Shown here piece by piece: positions 21,065 through 31,167 of a stretch of 64,000 nt of DNA (position 1 is its first letter; every line of letters begins with the position of its first letter). The notes beneath the pieces were generated by a model that saw only the letters and a list, made by a program, of their open reading frames with translations, did no database searches and was not told the DNA's origin. The DNA comes from Bacilli bacterium (GTDB taxonomy: Bacteria; Bacillota_I; Bacilli_A; RFN20; CAG-826). The translations under genes and the position numbers were made by a program. Where the stretch lies: positions 65,791 to 129,790 of the forward strand of contig JAFVCC010000114.1 in NCBI GenBank assembly GCA_017479485.1, given 5' to 3'.

Positions 21065-22072
21065 ATGAAGGTCTATATCTGCTTCAAACCAAAAGACGAA
21101 GTGGTTTCCTTTGAGGGCACGCGGTTACGCAAAACCCTCAAAGGGGCCTGCGAAGTCGTGGACATCAGTTGGGTAGACACGCCCCAAGAAGACGTGAAAA
21201 TCGCCCACTTCATGTCTCCTAAAGACCTCGCTGCGCTTCGTCAGCAGAAGGAGAAGGGGGTCTCGACCGTGGTCTCCGCCTTCTATGCTGAGGATGATCC
21301 TGAGGCCGGTTTCCTAACCTCAGAAAAGGGTGATCAGCTTAAGCCCAAGGCCTTAATGATGCTCAACGAAGCAGACCTCGTCCTCGTGCCCAATGAGGCA
21401 GGGTTAGAATTAGCCCGGCGCGTCGGCGTCACCTCGCATATCGAAATCCTTGAGCCCGCAGTGCGAATGAACCGTTTCTCCAAACGGTCTAGCGAAGCCA
21501 AAATCTTCCGTCGTTATTTCGGGGTGCGCCCTGGGGTGAAGACGGTGGTCGCTACCGGCTCCTATGCGGACCGCAAGACCATCTCCTTCATCAAATCCAT
21601 CGCGCGGAACTGCCCCAATTTAGACTTCTATTTCTTCGGGGCACATAGCCGTTATGACGTGCTAAAAATCGCAAAATCAATCGCACGGGTCCGCCGTTCT
21701 TCCAATTTGCACTTCAAAGACGCCGTCCAAGATGACGTCTATCGCAGCGCCCTCATGGACTCCGTCGCTTACATCAGCAACGACTCGTTACGCCCGGACC
21801 CGATCGCCCCGTTAGAGGCGTTTGCATCCAAGACGCAGGTCGTGGCGATCGCTTCGCCAAACCCCAACCCGCTTTTAGTAGAAGGAACCTCCTGTTTCTT
21901 CTTTCCCTCCCCGGAAGCCATCGCGAAATATCTCGATTCGTTGAACTATCCCGGGGCGAAGAGCACAATAGATGCCGCTTATGCCATAGCTAAGGCGCAC
22001 AACCTCGTCTCCTATGGCACTACCCTAAAAGGTTATTACGAAGCATTATTAGCTTCAGGAGCAAAACGATGA
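21065..22072 (+). CDS. GT-B fold glycosyltransferase-like protein (family 1/4-like)
   Basis: 335 aa. The C-terminal half resembles the GT4 donor-binding half (…PLEAFASKTQVVA…). ATGA overlap with serS. The assignment is tentative. Confidence 0.5.
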   Translation: MKVYICFKPKDEVVSFEGTRLRKTLKGACEVVDISWVDTPQEDVKIAHFMSPKDLAALRQQKEKGVSTVVSAFYAEDDPEAGFLTSEKGDQLKPKALMMLNEADLVLVPNEAGLELARRVGVTSHIEILEPAVRMNRFSKRSSEAKIFRRYFGVRPGVKTVVATGSYADRKTISFIKSIARNCPNLDFYFFGAHSRYDVLKIAKSIARVRRSSNLHFKDAVQDDVYRSALMDSVAYISNDSLRPDPIAPLEAFASKTQVVAIASPNPNPLLVEGTSCFFFPSPEAIAKYLDSLNYPGAKSTIDAAYAIAKAHNLVSYGTTLKGYYEALLASGAKR

Positions 22073-23349
22073 TCGACATCAAACTCATCCTTGAAAAACC
22101 CGATTACGTCAAAGCCGCTTTAGCCAAAAAGCTTTGGGACTTTGACCCCGAACCCATCATTGCCTTGTCCAAAAAGAGGCTCGAACTCCTCCAAAAGGTC
22201 GAGGCGAACAAGGCGGAACAGAACAAACTTTCCGCTTCCGTTCCCCAATTAAAGAAAGAAGGTAAAGACCCGCGTCCCGTCTTTGAGCAAGTGAAGGCCC
22301 TCGCTGCTTCCGTTAAGGAAGATGCCGCGGAGCTTGAGCGCATCGAGGCTGAACTTAAATCCCTCATCGAAGTGCTCCCGAACATCCCCGATGATGATCT
22401 TCTTCCCGGCGGAAAAGAGAACAACACTCCGATTTATCATTTTGGCGAGGAGCAGAAGTTCTCCTTCACTCCGCGCGACCATGTCACCCTCTGCGAAATG
22501 TGCGGTCTTATCGACTATAAGCGCGCGGCGAAGATCTCTGGCACTGGAACTTGGATCTACACCAACCTCGGCGCGAGGCTCGAATGGGCGCTTCTCAATT
22601 ACTTTATGGAAGCTCACCTCGCAGACGGCTACGAAATGATCCTTCCGCCCCATATTCTCAACTACGAATCCGGCTATACCGCGGGACAATTCCCCAAATT
22701 TGCCGAAGACGTGTTCTGGCTTGAAGGCGTCGAACCCCGTAAATTCATCCTTCCGACCGCAGAAACGGCTCTGGTGAACCTCCACCGTAACGAAGTGCTC
22801 TCTTATACTGAGCTCCCCAAGAAATACTTCGCCTACACGCCTTGCTACCGTAAGGAAGCGGGCAGCTACCGCACCGAGGAGCGCGGCATGATCCGCGGCT
22901 ATCAGTTCAATAAGGTAGAAATGGTCCAGTACACCACCGAAGAAGGCAGCGATGCCGCCTTCGACGAAATGTACCATAAGGCCCAGAAGCTTCTTGAAGG
23001 CCTTAGCTTAACCTATCAGGTGGATAAACTCGCCGCTGGCGATTGCAGCCACTCCATGGCCCGCACCTACGACATCGAGGTCTATATCCCCTCAATGGGC
23101 ATCTACAAGGAAGTTTCGAGCGTCTCCAACGCCCGCGATTACCAAGCCCGCCGCGGCATGATCCGTTATAAGGACGAAAACGGAAAGACCAAGTTCGCCC
23201 ACACTCTAAACGGCTCTGGACTTGCCACCAGCCGCGTCTTCCCGGCCCTTGTCGAGCAGAACCAACTCGAAGACGGCTCCATCGTCATCCCCGAAGCTTT
23301 GCGGAAATGGATGGGCGGTCTTGAAGTGATTCACCCCGTTAAAAAGTAA
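22069..23349 (+). CDS. serS: seryl-tRNA synthetase
   Basis: 426 aa. N-terminal coiled-coil arm and class II motifs (…RGMIRGYQFNKVE…, …LNGSGLATSR…). Confidence 0.96.
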   Translation: MIDIKLILEKPDYVKAALAKKLWDFDPEPIIALSKKRLELLQKVEANKAEQNKLSASVPQLKKEGKDPRPVFEQVKALAASVKEDAAELERIEAELKSLIEVLPNIPDDDLLPGGKENNTPIYHFGEEQKFSFTPRDHVTLCEMCGLIDYKRAAKISGTGTWIYTNLGARLEWALLNYFMEAHLADGYEMILPPHILNYESGYTAGQFPKFAEDVFWLEGVEPRKFILPTAETALVNLHRNEVLSYTELPKKYFAYTPCYRKEAGSYRTEERGMIRGYQFNKVEMVQYTTEEGSDAAFDEMYHKAQKLLEGLSLTYQVDKLAAGDCSHSMARTYDIEVYIPSMGIYKEVSSVSNARDYQARRGMIRYKDENGKTKFAHTLNGSGLATSRVFPALVEQNQLEDGSIVIPEALRKWMGGLEVIHPVKK

Positions 23350-23363
23350 GCAAAAAATCATTA

Positions 23364-23409
23364 AAACCCTGCAAAACTGCGATAAATCACTGAAATTGCA
23401 GGGTTTTTC
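23364..23409 (+). terminator. rho-independent terminator after serS
   Basis: AAACCCTGCAA ... TTGCAGGGTTT stem followed by a T-run. Confidence 0.7.
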
Positions 23410-23444
23410 TATTGCATGGATTTTCGTGAAATGTCGCGGAAATG

Positions 23445-23473
23445 ATGACAAAGGCGCTGTTAATGAGTATGAT
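23445..23473 (+). promoter_or_regulatory. sigma-70-type promoter for the SRP RNA
   Basis: ATGACA (23445-23450), a 17-nt spacer, then TATGAT (23468-23473). Confidence 0.5.
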
Positions 23474-23479
23474 TCCCTT

Positions 23480-23560
23480 GCCATCGCGAGGAGCGGGTAG
23501 GGAACCAGGTCAGGACGGGAACGTAGCAGCCTTAACGTATCTTCCCCTGTGCTGTGGTTT
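23480..23560 (+). ncRNA. ffs: signal recognition particle RNA, small (4.5S-like) type
   Basis: Domain IV signature ACCAGGTCAGG-ACG-GGAA-CGT-AGCAGCC: a GGAA tetraloop closed by ACG/CGT and flanked by the conserved AGG / AGCA loops. The 5' GCCAU can pair with the 3' GUGGU, and a T-run terminator follows. Exact ends are approximate. Confidence 0.75.
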
Positions 23561-23583
23561 TCTTTTTATAGATAATAAGGATT

Positions 23584-24057
23584 ATGGAACGCGACGAAGT
23601 GTTTATGCGTCTCGCTTTAGATGAGGCACGGGAAGCTGCCGAAGAAGGGGAGGCCCCCGTCGGAGCGGTCATCGTTTATGAAGGCAAGATACTTTGCGCT
23701 GGCCATAACTCGCGGGAAAACGCCTTGGATATCTCCGGACACGCGGAAATTAACGCCATACGTAAAGCGGAAGAGTTGCTTGGAAGGTGGACGTTAGAAG
23801 GCTGCACGCTGTATGTAACTCTCGAGCCCTGCCTCATGTGCGCTGGGGCAGTTAAGGCCAGCAGACTGACGACTCTCGTTTATGGCGCCTCTGATCCCGA
23901 CGAAGGCGCGGTGAAGTCAAAGTACCATGTTTTCGATGCCGACAATGGCGTGCCCAATATTTTGACTGGGGTTATGGAAGCGGAATGCTCGTCGGTCTTG
24001 AAACACTTCTTTCTTGGACGGAGAAAGCAAAATACTGCAAACGGCAAAAATCGTTAA
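23584..24057 (+). CDS. tadA: tRNA-specific adenosine deaminase
   Basis: 157 aa with CDA zinc motifs HAEINAI and PCLMCAGA. Confidence 0.92.
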   Translation: MERDEVFMRLALDEAREAAEEGEAPVGAVIVYEGKILCAGHNSRENALDISGHAEINAIRKAEELLGRWTLEGCTLYVTLEPCLMCAGAVKASRLTTLVYGASDPDEGAVKSKYHVFDADNGVPNILTGVMEAECSSVLKHFFLGRRKQNTANGKNR

Positions 24058-24321
24058 TTCCATCGCGGATTTGCAGTCATATTTTTGTTTTTCGTGCATT
24101 TCTTGGATAAAAAATCGAGATTTTTAACGGTGATTTTCTTCGCCGGGCTAAGATTTTTGCATAGAAGGCATGCCGAACCATCGTAAATTGGCAAATATTG
24201 GGCGAAAATTTTTTCTTTCAAAGAAAGATGGCCCTCTTACGGAGATTTTTACGGTGTATAAATTTAAGCTTAAAAGTCAAGGCCTTAACGCAATATTTTT
24301 ACGTGCTATAGTGTGCACGCT

Positions 24322-27231
24322 ATGAAGAACGAATCCGTCAACAAACCCACCCCGAAAGTCTGCTTGCAGCTCAAGCACATCAAGAAAGACTACTACGTCG
24401 ACAAAAAGCCCTTTACGGCGATTCACGATCTATCGATCTGTTTCCCCGACCGAGGCTTCGTCGCGATTTTAGGCCATTCGGGTTCGGGCAAAACCACGCT
24501 TTTGAACATCATCGGCGGCTTAGACCGCTACACCGAAGGCGATATGGTCATCGACGGACGTTCCACCAAAGACTACAAAGATAAGGATTGGGATAATTAC
24601 CGTAACAAGCGGATCGGCTTCGTTTTCCAATCGTACAACCTCATTCCCCACCTCTCCGTTCTTCAAAATGTCGTCATGTCGCTTCAGCTTGGCGGCCTTT
24701 CCCGTAAGGAGCGCGAAGACAAAGCCATCGCAGTTTTGGAGAAAGTGGGCCTAGGAGAGTACTTAAAGAAGCGACCCAACCAACTTTCCGGTGGTCAGAT
24801 GCAGCGCGTCGCGATCGCCCGTGCCCTCGTTAATGATCCCGACATCATCCTCGCCGATGAGCCTACTGGCGCGTTAGATTCCGCCACCTCGGTTCAAGTT
24901 ATGGACTTAATTCAAGAGGTGGGGAAGGACCGCTGTGTCATTTTGGTCACCCATAACCGCGAACTCGCGGACCAATATGCCGACCGCGTCATCGAAATGA
25001 AGGATGGACGTGTTATCAACGATACCGACCCGCTCCCGGAACCGGAAACCAACGAACCCGACCGCAACCCCAAAGGCAAACGCTCGTCGATGTCTTTCCT
25101 CACCGCTTTAGGCTCCTCTGCGCGTAACATCCGCACGAAGAAAGGCAGGACCGCCCTTACGGCGATCGCCTGCTCCTTTGGCATCATCGGCGTGGCGCTA
25201 GTGCTTGCGACGAGCAACGGCTTTAGCAAATATGTCGGTGAGGTTGAAGTATCCATCGCTTCCTCCGTGCCGATTTCCATCAACCCCATCAGCTATAAAC
25301 TGACCAATATTTCCGATAATCTCCCGCCAGAATTTCCCAAAGAGAAGACGGTGACGGTTTATGACACCTCAAACATGCTGACCACCCCGGTCTACAACGA
25401 TTTCAGCAAAGAGTACTTCGATTATCTCGATGCGATGCTCGATGACCCGAAGTGCCCCGCTTATGGGTCGGCGATGTCGGTCATGTATAACCGTAAGGAT
25501 TTGCAGTTCCATTTCCTTGCCAACCAAGACTTTATCGACGGCTATTCTTCTGACGCAGTCCGCGGCATCGACCAATATTCCTCCGCTGGCCCGATGGGCT
25601 CGGCGATTTCCTCCGTCACTTCGCTTCCGACCACCATCATCCATGAGCTCTATGGCGATGAAAGCGGCATGGCCTCACTCTATGACACCATCGAAGGGCG
25701 TTTCCCCGTCGAGGCGGACGAGATGGCGCTTATCGTCGACCGGTATAACCGTATTGATTTCGCGACCATGCGCAAACTCGGTTACTTCCGCAGCGACGCC
25801 GTCTTCTCCTCTCTCCGCGACGAGGATAAAGTCATCAATTTCTCCGATCTTTTATATAAAGACGAGGAGCATCCGGGCAAAATCCAATATAAGTGCTACA
25901 CCAACTCTGCGTTCTACAATTTGCCAGAAAACCCTGCAGAAATCCCTTATTCCACAGTAAACGTGCCCTGCTGGAGCGATCTTTCCGTGAGTACAAGCGG
26001 TGGAACGGTTACCGTTGACGGCACCCCGACAACCTTCGCCGCTAAAGGCATCCCCACCCCCGACATTAAAGAGGTTTATCATGACGACGCGAAGTATAAG
26101 CCCATCAAAATGAAGATCGTCGGCGTCCTCCGTCCGACCGAGAGCTCTTATATCCAGCTGATGCCCGCTTCGATTGCCTACACGCCAAAGCTTACCGAAT
26201 TGATGGCCAACGACATCAAAGAAGGAACCTCCGCCTATGACGTGGGCCAAGTTCAGAAACGAAACTGGTGTATCCCAAGAACCAGCGATAACAACACCGA
26301 CGGCAAAGCCTTGATTCAGCGCATGCTCAACGAAATCATGGCCTTGTTTGGGCCAGACGCGAAACTCGACGACATCGACGAAACGACCATGGCCCAAGCT
26401 ACTAACGTATTTACCAGCGGCCTCGGGAACTGCTTCCGCTACTATTTATCGACCGGCTATAACCCCTCTAGCGGTGGTATCAGCTACTATAACCGCGCTT
26501 CGGGATACCTCTCCGCGTGCCGCAATTTCGGCGCAGAGTTTGCGAAAGACATCGATATCACCAACTTCTTCGCGAATATGTCCGATGACGCGAGCGAATT
26601 CTTCGATCCCACCGCCGATGAAAACGCGATGGATATCGTTGCTTATGCAAACTCTTATTCGCTGATTTCCTCGGTTTTGATTTTCCCTAAATCCCTCACT
26701 TCCAAGCCCATTATCCATAGCTATCTCGATGCATGGAACGAAGCCCATACCGAAAACGAAATCAACTATAGCGATATTATGGACGACTTCATGGGCGGCC
26801 TCTCGACAATGATTGAGGTTATTTCCGCCGTCCTGATCGTCTTCGCCTCGATTTCTTTGGTGGTCTCCTCGGTCATGACGGCCATTATCACCTACGTTTC
26901 CGTTATCGAGCGAACCAAGGAAATCGGCGTACTCCGCGCTTGCGGGGCGAGAAAGAAGGACGTGTCGCGCCTATTTGAGGCCGAATGCGTCATCATTGGC
27001 TTCATTGCAGGGTTTATCGGCATCGCCTTTACGGTTGTCGCCTGCTTCCCCATTAACGCGATTTTGGACCACGCCTTCCCTGGGAATCACCTTGGAAGCA
27101 TCGCCCAGCTCAATCCGTGGCATGGCGTGTTGCTGCTTGCTATCTCCATCGTCCTTGCCTTCGTCAGCGGCTTCGTCCCAGCCCGCATGGCGGCCAAGAA
27201 GGATCCCGTTATCTGCTTAAGGAGCGAATGA
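24322..27231 (+). CDS. fused ABC transporter ATP-binding protein / FtsX-family permease (MacB-like) with large extracytoplasmic domain
   Basis: Walker A GHSGSGKTT, signature LSGGQMQRV and Walker B ILADEPT, then a TM segment, ~550 aa of non-membrane sequence, and a C-terminal FtsX 4-TM module. The ATG at 24322 is preferred over the GTG at 24313 because a TATAGT -10 box sits at 24307-24312. Confidence 0.85.
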   Translation: MKNESVNKPTPKVCLQLKHIKKDYYVDKKPFTAIHDLSICFPDRGFVAILGHSGSGKTTLLNIIGGLDRYTEGDMVIDGRSTKDYKDKDWDNYRNKRIGFVFQSYNLIPHLSVLQNVVMSLQLGGLSRKEREDKAIAVLEKVGLGEYLKKRPNQLSGGQMQRVAIARALVNDPDIILADEPTGALDSATSVQVMDLIQEVGKDRCVILVTHNRELADQYADRVIEMKDGRVINDTDPLPEPETNEPDRNPKGKRSSMSFLTALGSSARNIRTKKGRTALTAIACSFGIIGVALVLATSNGFSKYVGEVEVSIASSVPISINPISYKLTNISDNLPPEFPKEKTVTVYDTSNMLTTPVYNDFSKEYFDYLDAMLDDPKCPAYGSAMSVMYNRKDLQFHFLANQDFIDGYSSDAVRGIDQYSSAGPMGSAISSVTSLPTTIIHELYGDESGMASLYDTIEGRFPVEADEMALIVDRYNRIDFATMRKLGYFRSDAVFSSLRDEDKVINFSDLLYKDEEHPGKIQYKCYTNSAFYNLPENPAEIPYSTVNVPCWSDLSVSTSGGTVTVDGTPTTFAAKGIPTPDIKEVYHDDAKYKPIKMKIVGVLRPTESSYIQLMPASIAYTPKLTELMANDIKEGTSAYDVGQVQKRNWCIPRTSDNNTDGKALIQRMLNEIMALFGPDAKLDDIDETTMAQATNVFTSGLGNCFRYYLSTGYNPSSGGISYYNRASGYLSACRNFGAEFAKDIDITNFFANMSDDASEFFDPTADENAMDIVAYANSYSLISSVLIFPKSLTSKPIIHSYLDAWNEAHTENEINYSDIMDDFMGGLSTMIEVISAVLIVFASISLVVSSVMTAIITYVSVIERTKEIGVLRACGARKKDVSRLFEAECVIIGFIAGFIGIAFTVVACFPINAILDHAFPGNHLGSIAQLNPWHGVLLLAISIVLAFVSGFVPARMAAKKDPVICLRSE

Positions 27232-29702
27232 ACGTGACTCCAAAAACCGAACCAAACGTACCTTCTTTTGACGTTTCCATCGAGACGGGTCTTTCTTTGG
27301 CGCAGGTCGAAGAAAGGAAAAAGCAAAAGCTCACCAACCACACGAAGAAAGTGGTAAGCAAGTCTTATGGGCGCATTTTCTTCGATAATTTCGCAAACCC
27401 CTTCAACGTACTCCTGATCGCCATCACCATCATCATGATCTGGGGGCAGCTTCGCTTCACCAACTTCCTTTTCGCCTTTATCTTGGCCCTCAATATCGGC
27501 ATTGGTATTTACCAAGACATCCACGCTCGCCACCTCATTGAACGTCTAAAGGTGCTTTCCGACGATCGTTGCACCGTGCTTCGTGAGAGAAAGGAAACGA
27601 AGATTAGCAAAGAAGAAGTCGTTCTTTCTGACGTCATCATCCTTTCCCAAGGGGAGCAAATTCCCGCTGACGCGATCGTGCGGACGGGGCACTGCTCTTG
27701 CGATGAATCGTTGCTTACGGGCGAATCCGTCGCGGCCAAGAAAGGCCCGAACGACCGGCTTTATTCCGGTACGTTCATCAAATCGGGACGGGTGGTCGCG
27801 GAAGTGGTACACGTGGGCAAAGATTCCTATGCGGAAAAATTGCAGGCAAGCGCGAAGAAATTTGCCCGTCCCAAATCGGAAATCGCCCAGTCTATTTGGG
27901 ACATCACCGCGATTTGCACGTTAATTGCTTTAGGCTTTGGCATCGCCTATACCGTCGTGGCGTTCCTTCGCCGCGATATCGAATGGAGCATGTTCTTCCC
28001 GATGTCGATGGAAGGCACGCGCTTTATCGAAGGCCTTTCTGGCTCGATGGTGGCCATGCTCCCGACAGGCATGTTCTTATTGACCTCGGTCGCTTTGACT
28101 ACGGGCGTCATCCATCTCGCTAAGCGCGATATGCTCGTCCAGGAGCTTTATTGCATTGAAATGCTCGCCCGCGTCGACGTGATCTGCTTCGATAAGACCG
28201 GCACCTTGACCGACGGGAATATGAGCGTCGGCGAAGTTATTCCTCTCCACGGCTGGACCGAATCCGAGCTCGCCTTTGCCATTTCCCTCATCCTCGATGC
28301 GACGGGGGATGATAACGTCACCGCCCACGCCTTGAAAGAGCGTTTTGGTGATCGTAACAAAACACCGGTGCGTTGCTGCGTGCCCTTCGATTCCGAGAAC
28401 AAATATAGTGCGGTGACTCGTGCCGATGGCGGAAGCTATGCCCTTGGTGCGTATGGTTTCGTGCCCGCGGAAAAGGAACGCGAAATCGAATTGCTGCTTG
28501 AGAGCTACAAGAAAAAAGGCTACCGCTGCATTGTGGTTGCAAATTCAGAAAACGATATAGAAAATGGCGTTTTGCCAAGAAATTTCAAAATTTACGGTGT
28601 TTTAGTGCTCCATGACCACATCAAAGATGACGCGAAATCCAACATCGCTTGGTTCCAGGATTCTGGCGTAGAAGTGTACGTTATTTCGGGCGATGATCCG
28701 GTCACCGTTTCGGAGATCGCTTCAAAGTGCGGCGTAAATGGGGCTAACGAATTCGTCGACATGTCCACCGTGTCGGACGATGACATTCCCGAGCTCATCA
28801 AAACCAAGCGCATCTTTGGGCGTGTGTTGCCAGACCAAAAGAGAAAATTGGTCCTCGCTTTGCAAGAAGAGGGCCATAAAGTCGCGATGACGGGCGATGG
28901 CGTCAACGATATCCTCGCCTTAAAAGCCGCTGATTGTTCTATCGCCATGGCAAGCGGGGCTAGCGCCGCCAAAAATGCCGCGCACCTGATCTGCACCAAA
29001 TCGGATTTCTCTTCGCTTCCTGACGTCGTTGCCCAAGGACGTAGAGTCATCAATAACTTGCAGCGTTCTTGCACCCTGTTCTTAACCAAAACGTTATTTG
29101 CCTTGCTCGTTTCCACAGCCTTCCTCATCTCTTTGGCCTGCGGCGGTTCGAGATACCCCTTCTCTACGGCTCATTTGCTCGTATGGGAGATCATTACCAT
29201 CGGCCTCGCAAGCTTCTTCCTCGCTTTGCAGCCCTCTTCCGAACGCATTCAGGGTTCCATGCTAAAGAACATTTTCCTCCGCTCGATTCCTAGCGGTATC
29301 GCCGAGGCACTTTGCGTGGCGTTGCCCTTCCTCTTCCGCGTCTTCTTTGCTGACATCATCGCTTATGCCCCGGAATACGTTTATTCGAGCACGGTTTCGA
29401 TGGCAGTCCTAGCCTTCACTTATTTCAGCTTTATCACACTGTTCCAGACGTGCCGCCCATTAAACCGTTATCGTTCGTTCGTCTTTGGCGGCTCGGTCTT
29501 ACTTGCCGTAGTCATCATGATTACCGACTTCTTCCTGCGGAATAAAGAAGGAGAAGGAATCCTGCTCCACTTTATGTGGAAAGGCTTCTCCTGGGGCTTT
29601 CCCGCCTTACTTGCCGCTACCTTAGCAATTGCCGCCGCATTTTATTACGGCTCCATATACCTACTTGAAACCCGACCGAATAAAAGGAGACAACAACAAT
29701 GA
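27228..29702 (+). CDS. cation-translocating P-type ATPase
   Basis: Motifs TGES, CFDKTGTLTDG and MTGDGVNDILALKAADCSIAM, with about 10 TM segments. The ATG at 27228 overlaps the upstream stop (ATGA). The 37-codon extension in the ORF track is rejected. Confidence 0.88.
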   Translation: MNVTPKTEPNVPSFDVSIETGLSLAQVEERKKQKLTNHTKKVVSKSYGRIFFDNFANPFNVLLIAITIIMIWGQLRFTNFLFAFILALNIGIGIYQDIHARHLIERLKVLSDDRCTVLRERKETKISKEEVVLSDVIILSQGEQIPADAIVRTGHCSCDESLLTGESVAAKKGPNDRLYSGTFIKSGRVVAEVVHVGKDSYAEKLQASAKKFARPKSEIAQSIWDITAICTLIALGFGIAYTVVAFLRRDIEWSMFFPMSMEGTRFIEGLSGSMVAMLPTGMFLLTSVALTTGVIHLAKRDMLVQELYCIEMLARVDVICFDKTGTLTDGNMSVGEVIPLHGWTESELAFAISLILDATGDDNVTAHALKERFGDRNKTPVRCCVPFDSENKYSAVTRADGGSYALGAYGFVPAEKEREIELLLESYKKKGYRCIVVANSENDIENGVLPRNFKIYGVLVLHDHIKDDAKSNIAWFQDSGVEVYVISGDDPVTVSEIASKCGVNGANEFVDMSTVSDDDIPELIKTKRIFGRVLPDQKRKLVLALQEEGHKVAMTGDGVNDILALKAADCSIAMASGASAAKNAAHLICTKSDFSSLPDVVAQGRRVINNLQRSCTLFLTKTLFALLVSTAFLISLACGGSRYPFSTAHLLVWEIITIGLASFFLALQPSSERIQGSMLKNIFLRSIPSGIAEALCVALPFLFRVFFADIIAYAPEYVYSSTVSMAVLAFTYFSFITLFQTCRPLNRYRSFVFGGSVLLAVVIMITDFFLRNKEGEGILLHFMWKGFSWGFPALLAATLAIAAAFYYGSIYLLETRPNKRRQQQ

Positions 29703-30610
29703 AAATCAACCCTGAAGTAGCACTTGCATTAAAAGAAGGAAGGGCCGTCGTCGCGTTAGAGTCGACAATCATCAGCCACGGCATGCCCTATCCCAAAAAC
29801 GTGGAAACGGCGCTTAAGGTCGAAGCCACGGTGCGCGAAAACGGTGCCGTCCCCGCGACCATCGGCATCATCGATGGTGAAATCATCATCGGCATGTCTC
29901 CCGAACAAATCGAAGATTTTGGAAAAAAGAAGGGAATTGCAAAGGTTTCTAAGCGCGACCTCCCGATTGTCGTAGCCAAAAAGCAATATGGAGCGACCAC
30001 CGTTTCTGCGACGATGCTCTGTGCTAAAATGGCGGGAATCCCCTTGTTTGTTACCGGTGGAATCGGCGGTGTACATCGCGGTGCGGAAAAGACCTTCGAT
30101 ATCTCCCGCGACCTCAAGGAGCTTGGCGAAGTCGACGTCACGGTTGTCTGCTCTGGGGCGAAAGCGATCTTGGATATCCCTAAGACACTGGAATACCTCG
30201 AGACGGAAGGCGTGACGGTGCTCTCCTATAAAGCCGAGCGGTTCGCAAATTTCTATAGCCTTGCGACCGACGCCCCTGTCGATTATGCCTTCCAGAACCC
30301 GGAAGAGGCGGCGGAAATCCTCTATGCGAAGAAAAAGCTCGGATTAAAAGGCGGCGTTTTAATCTCGAATCCCATCCCCGAAGAAATGGCCTTGCCTCAC
30401 GAATACATCGATTCCATCGTCGACCAGGCGGTCAAAGAAGCGGAAGAGCAGGGGGTCAAAGGCAAAGATGCGACGCCGTTCTTGCTGAAACGAATTGTCG
30501 AACTTACCGGGGGCAAATCCTTAGAATCCAACATCGCACTTGTGTGCCACAACGCTGAGCTCGGCGCGAAAATCGCGGTCGAGCTGGCGAGAAAGGAGCG
30601 GCAGATATGA
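29699..30610 (+). CDS. psuG: pseudouridine-5'-phosphate glycosidase
   Basis: 303 aa with ALESTIISHGMPYPKN and GGIGGVHRG motifs. ATGA overlap on both sides. Confidence 0.9.
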   Translation: MKINPEVALALKEGRAVVALESTIISHGMPYPKNVETALKVEATVRENGAVPATIGIIDGEIIIGMSPEQIEDFGKKKGIAKVSKRDLPIVVAKKQYGATTVSATMLCAKMAGIPLFVTGGIGGVHRGAEKTFDISRDLKELGEVDVTVVCSGAKAILDIPKTLEYLETEGVTVLSYKAERFANFYSLATDAPVDYAFQNPEEAAEILYAKKKLGLKGGVLISNPIPEEMALPHEYIDSIVDQAVKEAEEQGVKGKDATPFLLKRIVELTGGKSLESNIALVCHNAELGAKIAVELARKERQI

Positions 30611-31167
30611 TTACCGAAGCCAAGTTCAAATATGCGCTGAAAGACATGATGAAAACGATGGCGTTAGAAGACATCAACGTCACCGCGCTTTGCAATCGCA
30701 TCGGCTGCCATCGCCAGACTTTCTATTATCACTATCAGGACATCTATGACTTAATCGCGGCGATTTTACTCAACGAAGACCTAGCTTCTGCAGAAGGAGC
30801 GAAGGATGTTGAAACGGTCCTTCAAGCGTTCTTGGATTACGTTCGCGAAAACTTCGCGTTCCTCCGCTCGACGTACAATTCCGCCGCCCGCGATCTGACC
30901 GACGACTTCATTTTTGGCAAGCTCAACACCAAACTTTTCAATATGTGGTCTGCGGATGGCGAGTCTCTTGGATTAAAGATTGAGGGCATACGCTCTTTAT
31001 CCCGCCGCTTCGCCCATATGGTTTCGGATGAGTTTGGCTATTGTTTCAAAGATCCAAAATTAACCAGCACCCGTTTTGTGAACCGCATGGACAAATTCTT
31101 TGCAAATCTCACGAAAATTGTCCTTCCGTCGCTGATTGCGATGAGCAAAAAGGAGGAATCCCGATGA
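30607..31167 (+). CDS. TetR-family transcriptional regulator (DhaS-like)
   Basis: 186 aa. N-terminal HTH ...INVTALCNRIGCHRQTFYYHY. Confidence 0.7.
   Translation: MITEAKFKYALKDMMKTMALEDINVTALCNRIGCHRQTFYYHYQDIYDLIAAILLNEDLASAEGAKDVETVLQAFLDYVRENFAFLRSTYNSAARDLTDDFIFGKLNTKLFNMWSADGESLGLKIEGIRSLSRRFAHMVSDEFGYCFKDPKLTSTRFVNRMDKFFANLTKIVLPSLIAMSKKEESR

Noticed and set aside
22069-22072. T-box leaders for serS and metG, which are common in Firmicutes.
   Set aside because: - serS overlaps the upstream gene (ATGA), so it has no leader.
- The metG upstream spacer is only ~127 nt, is partly taken by the upstream terminator, and lacks a T-box/specifier architecture.
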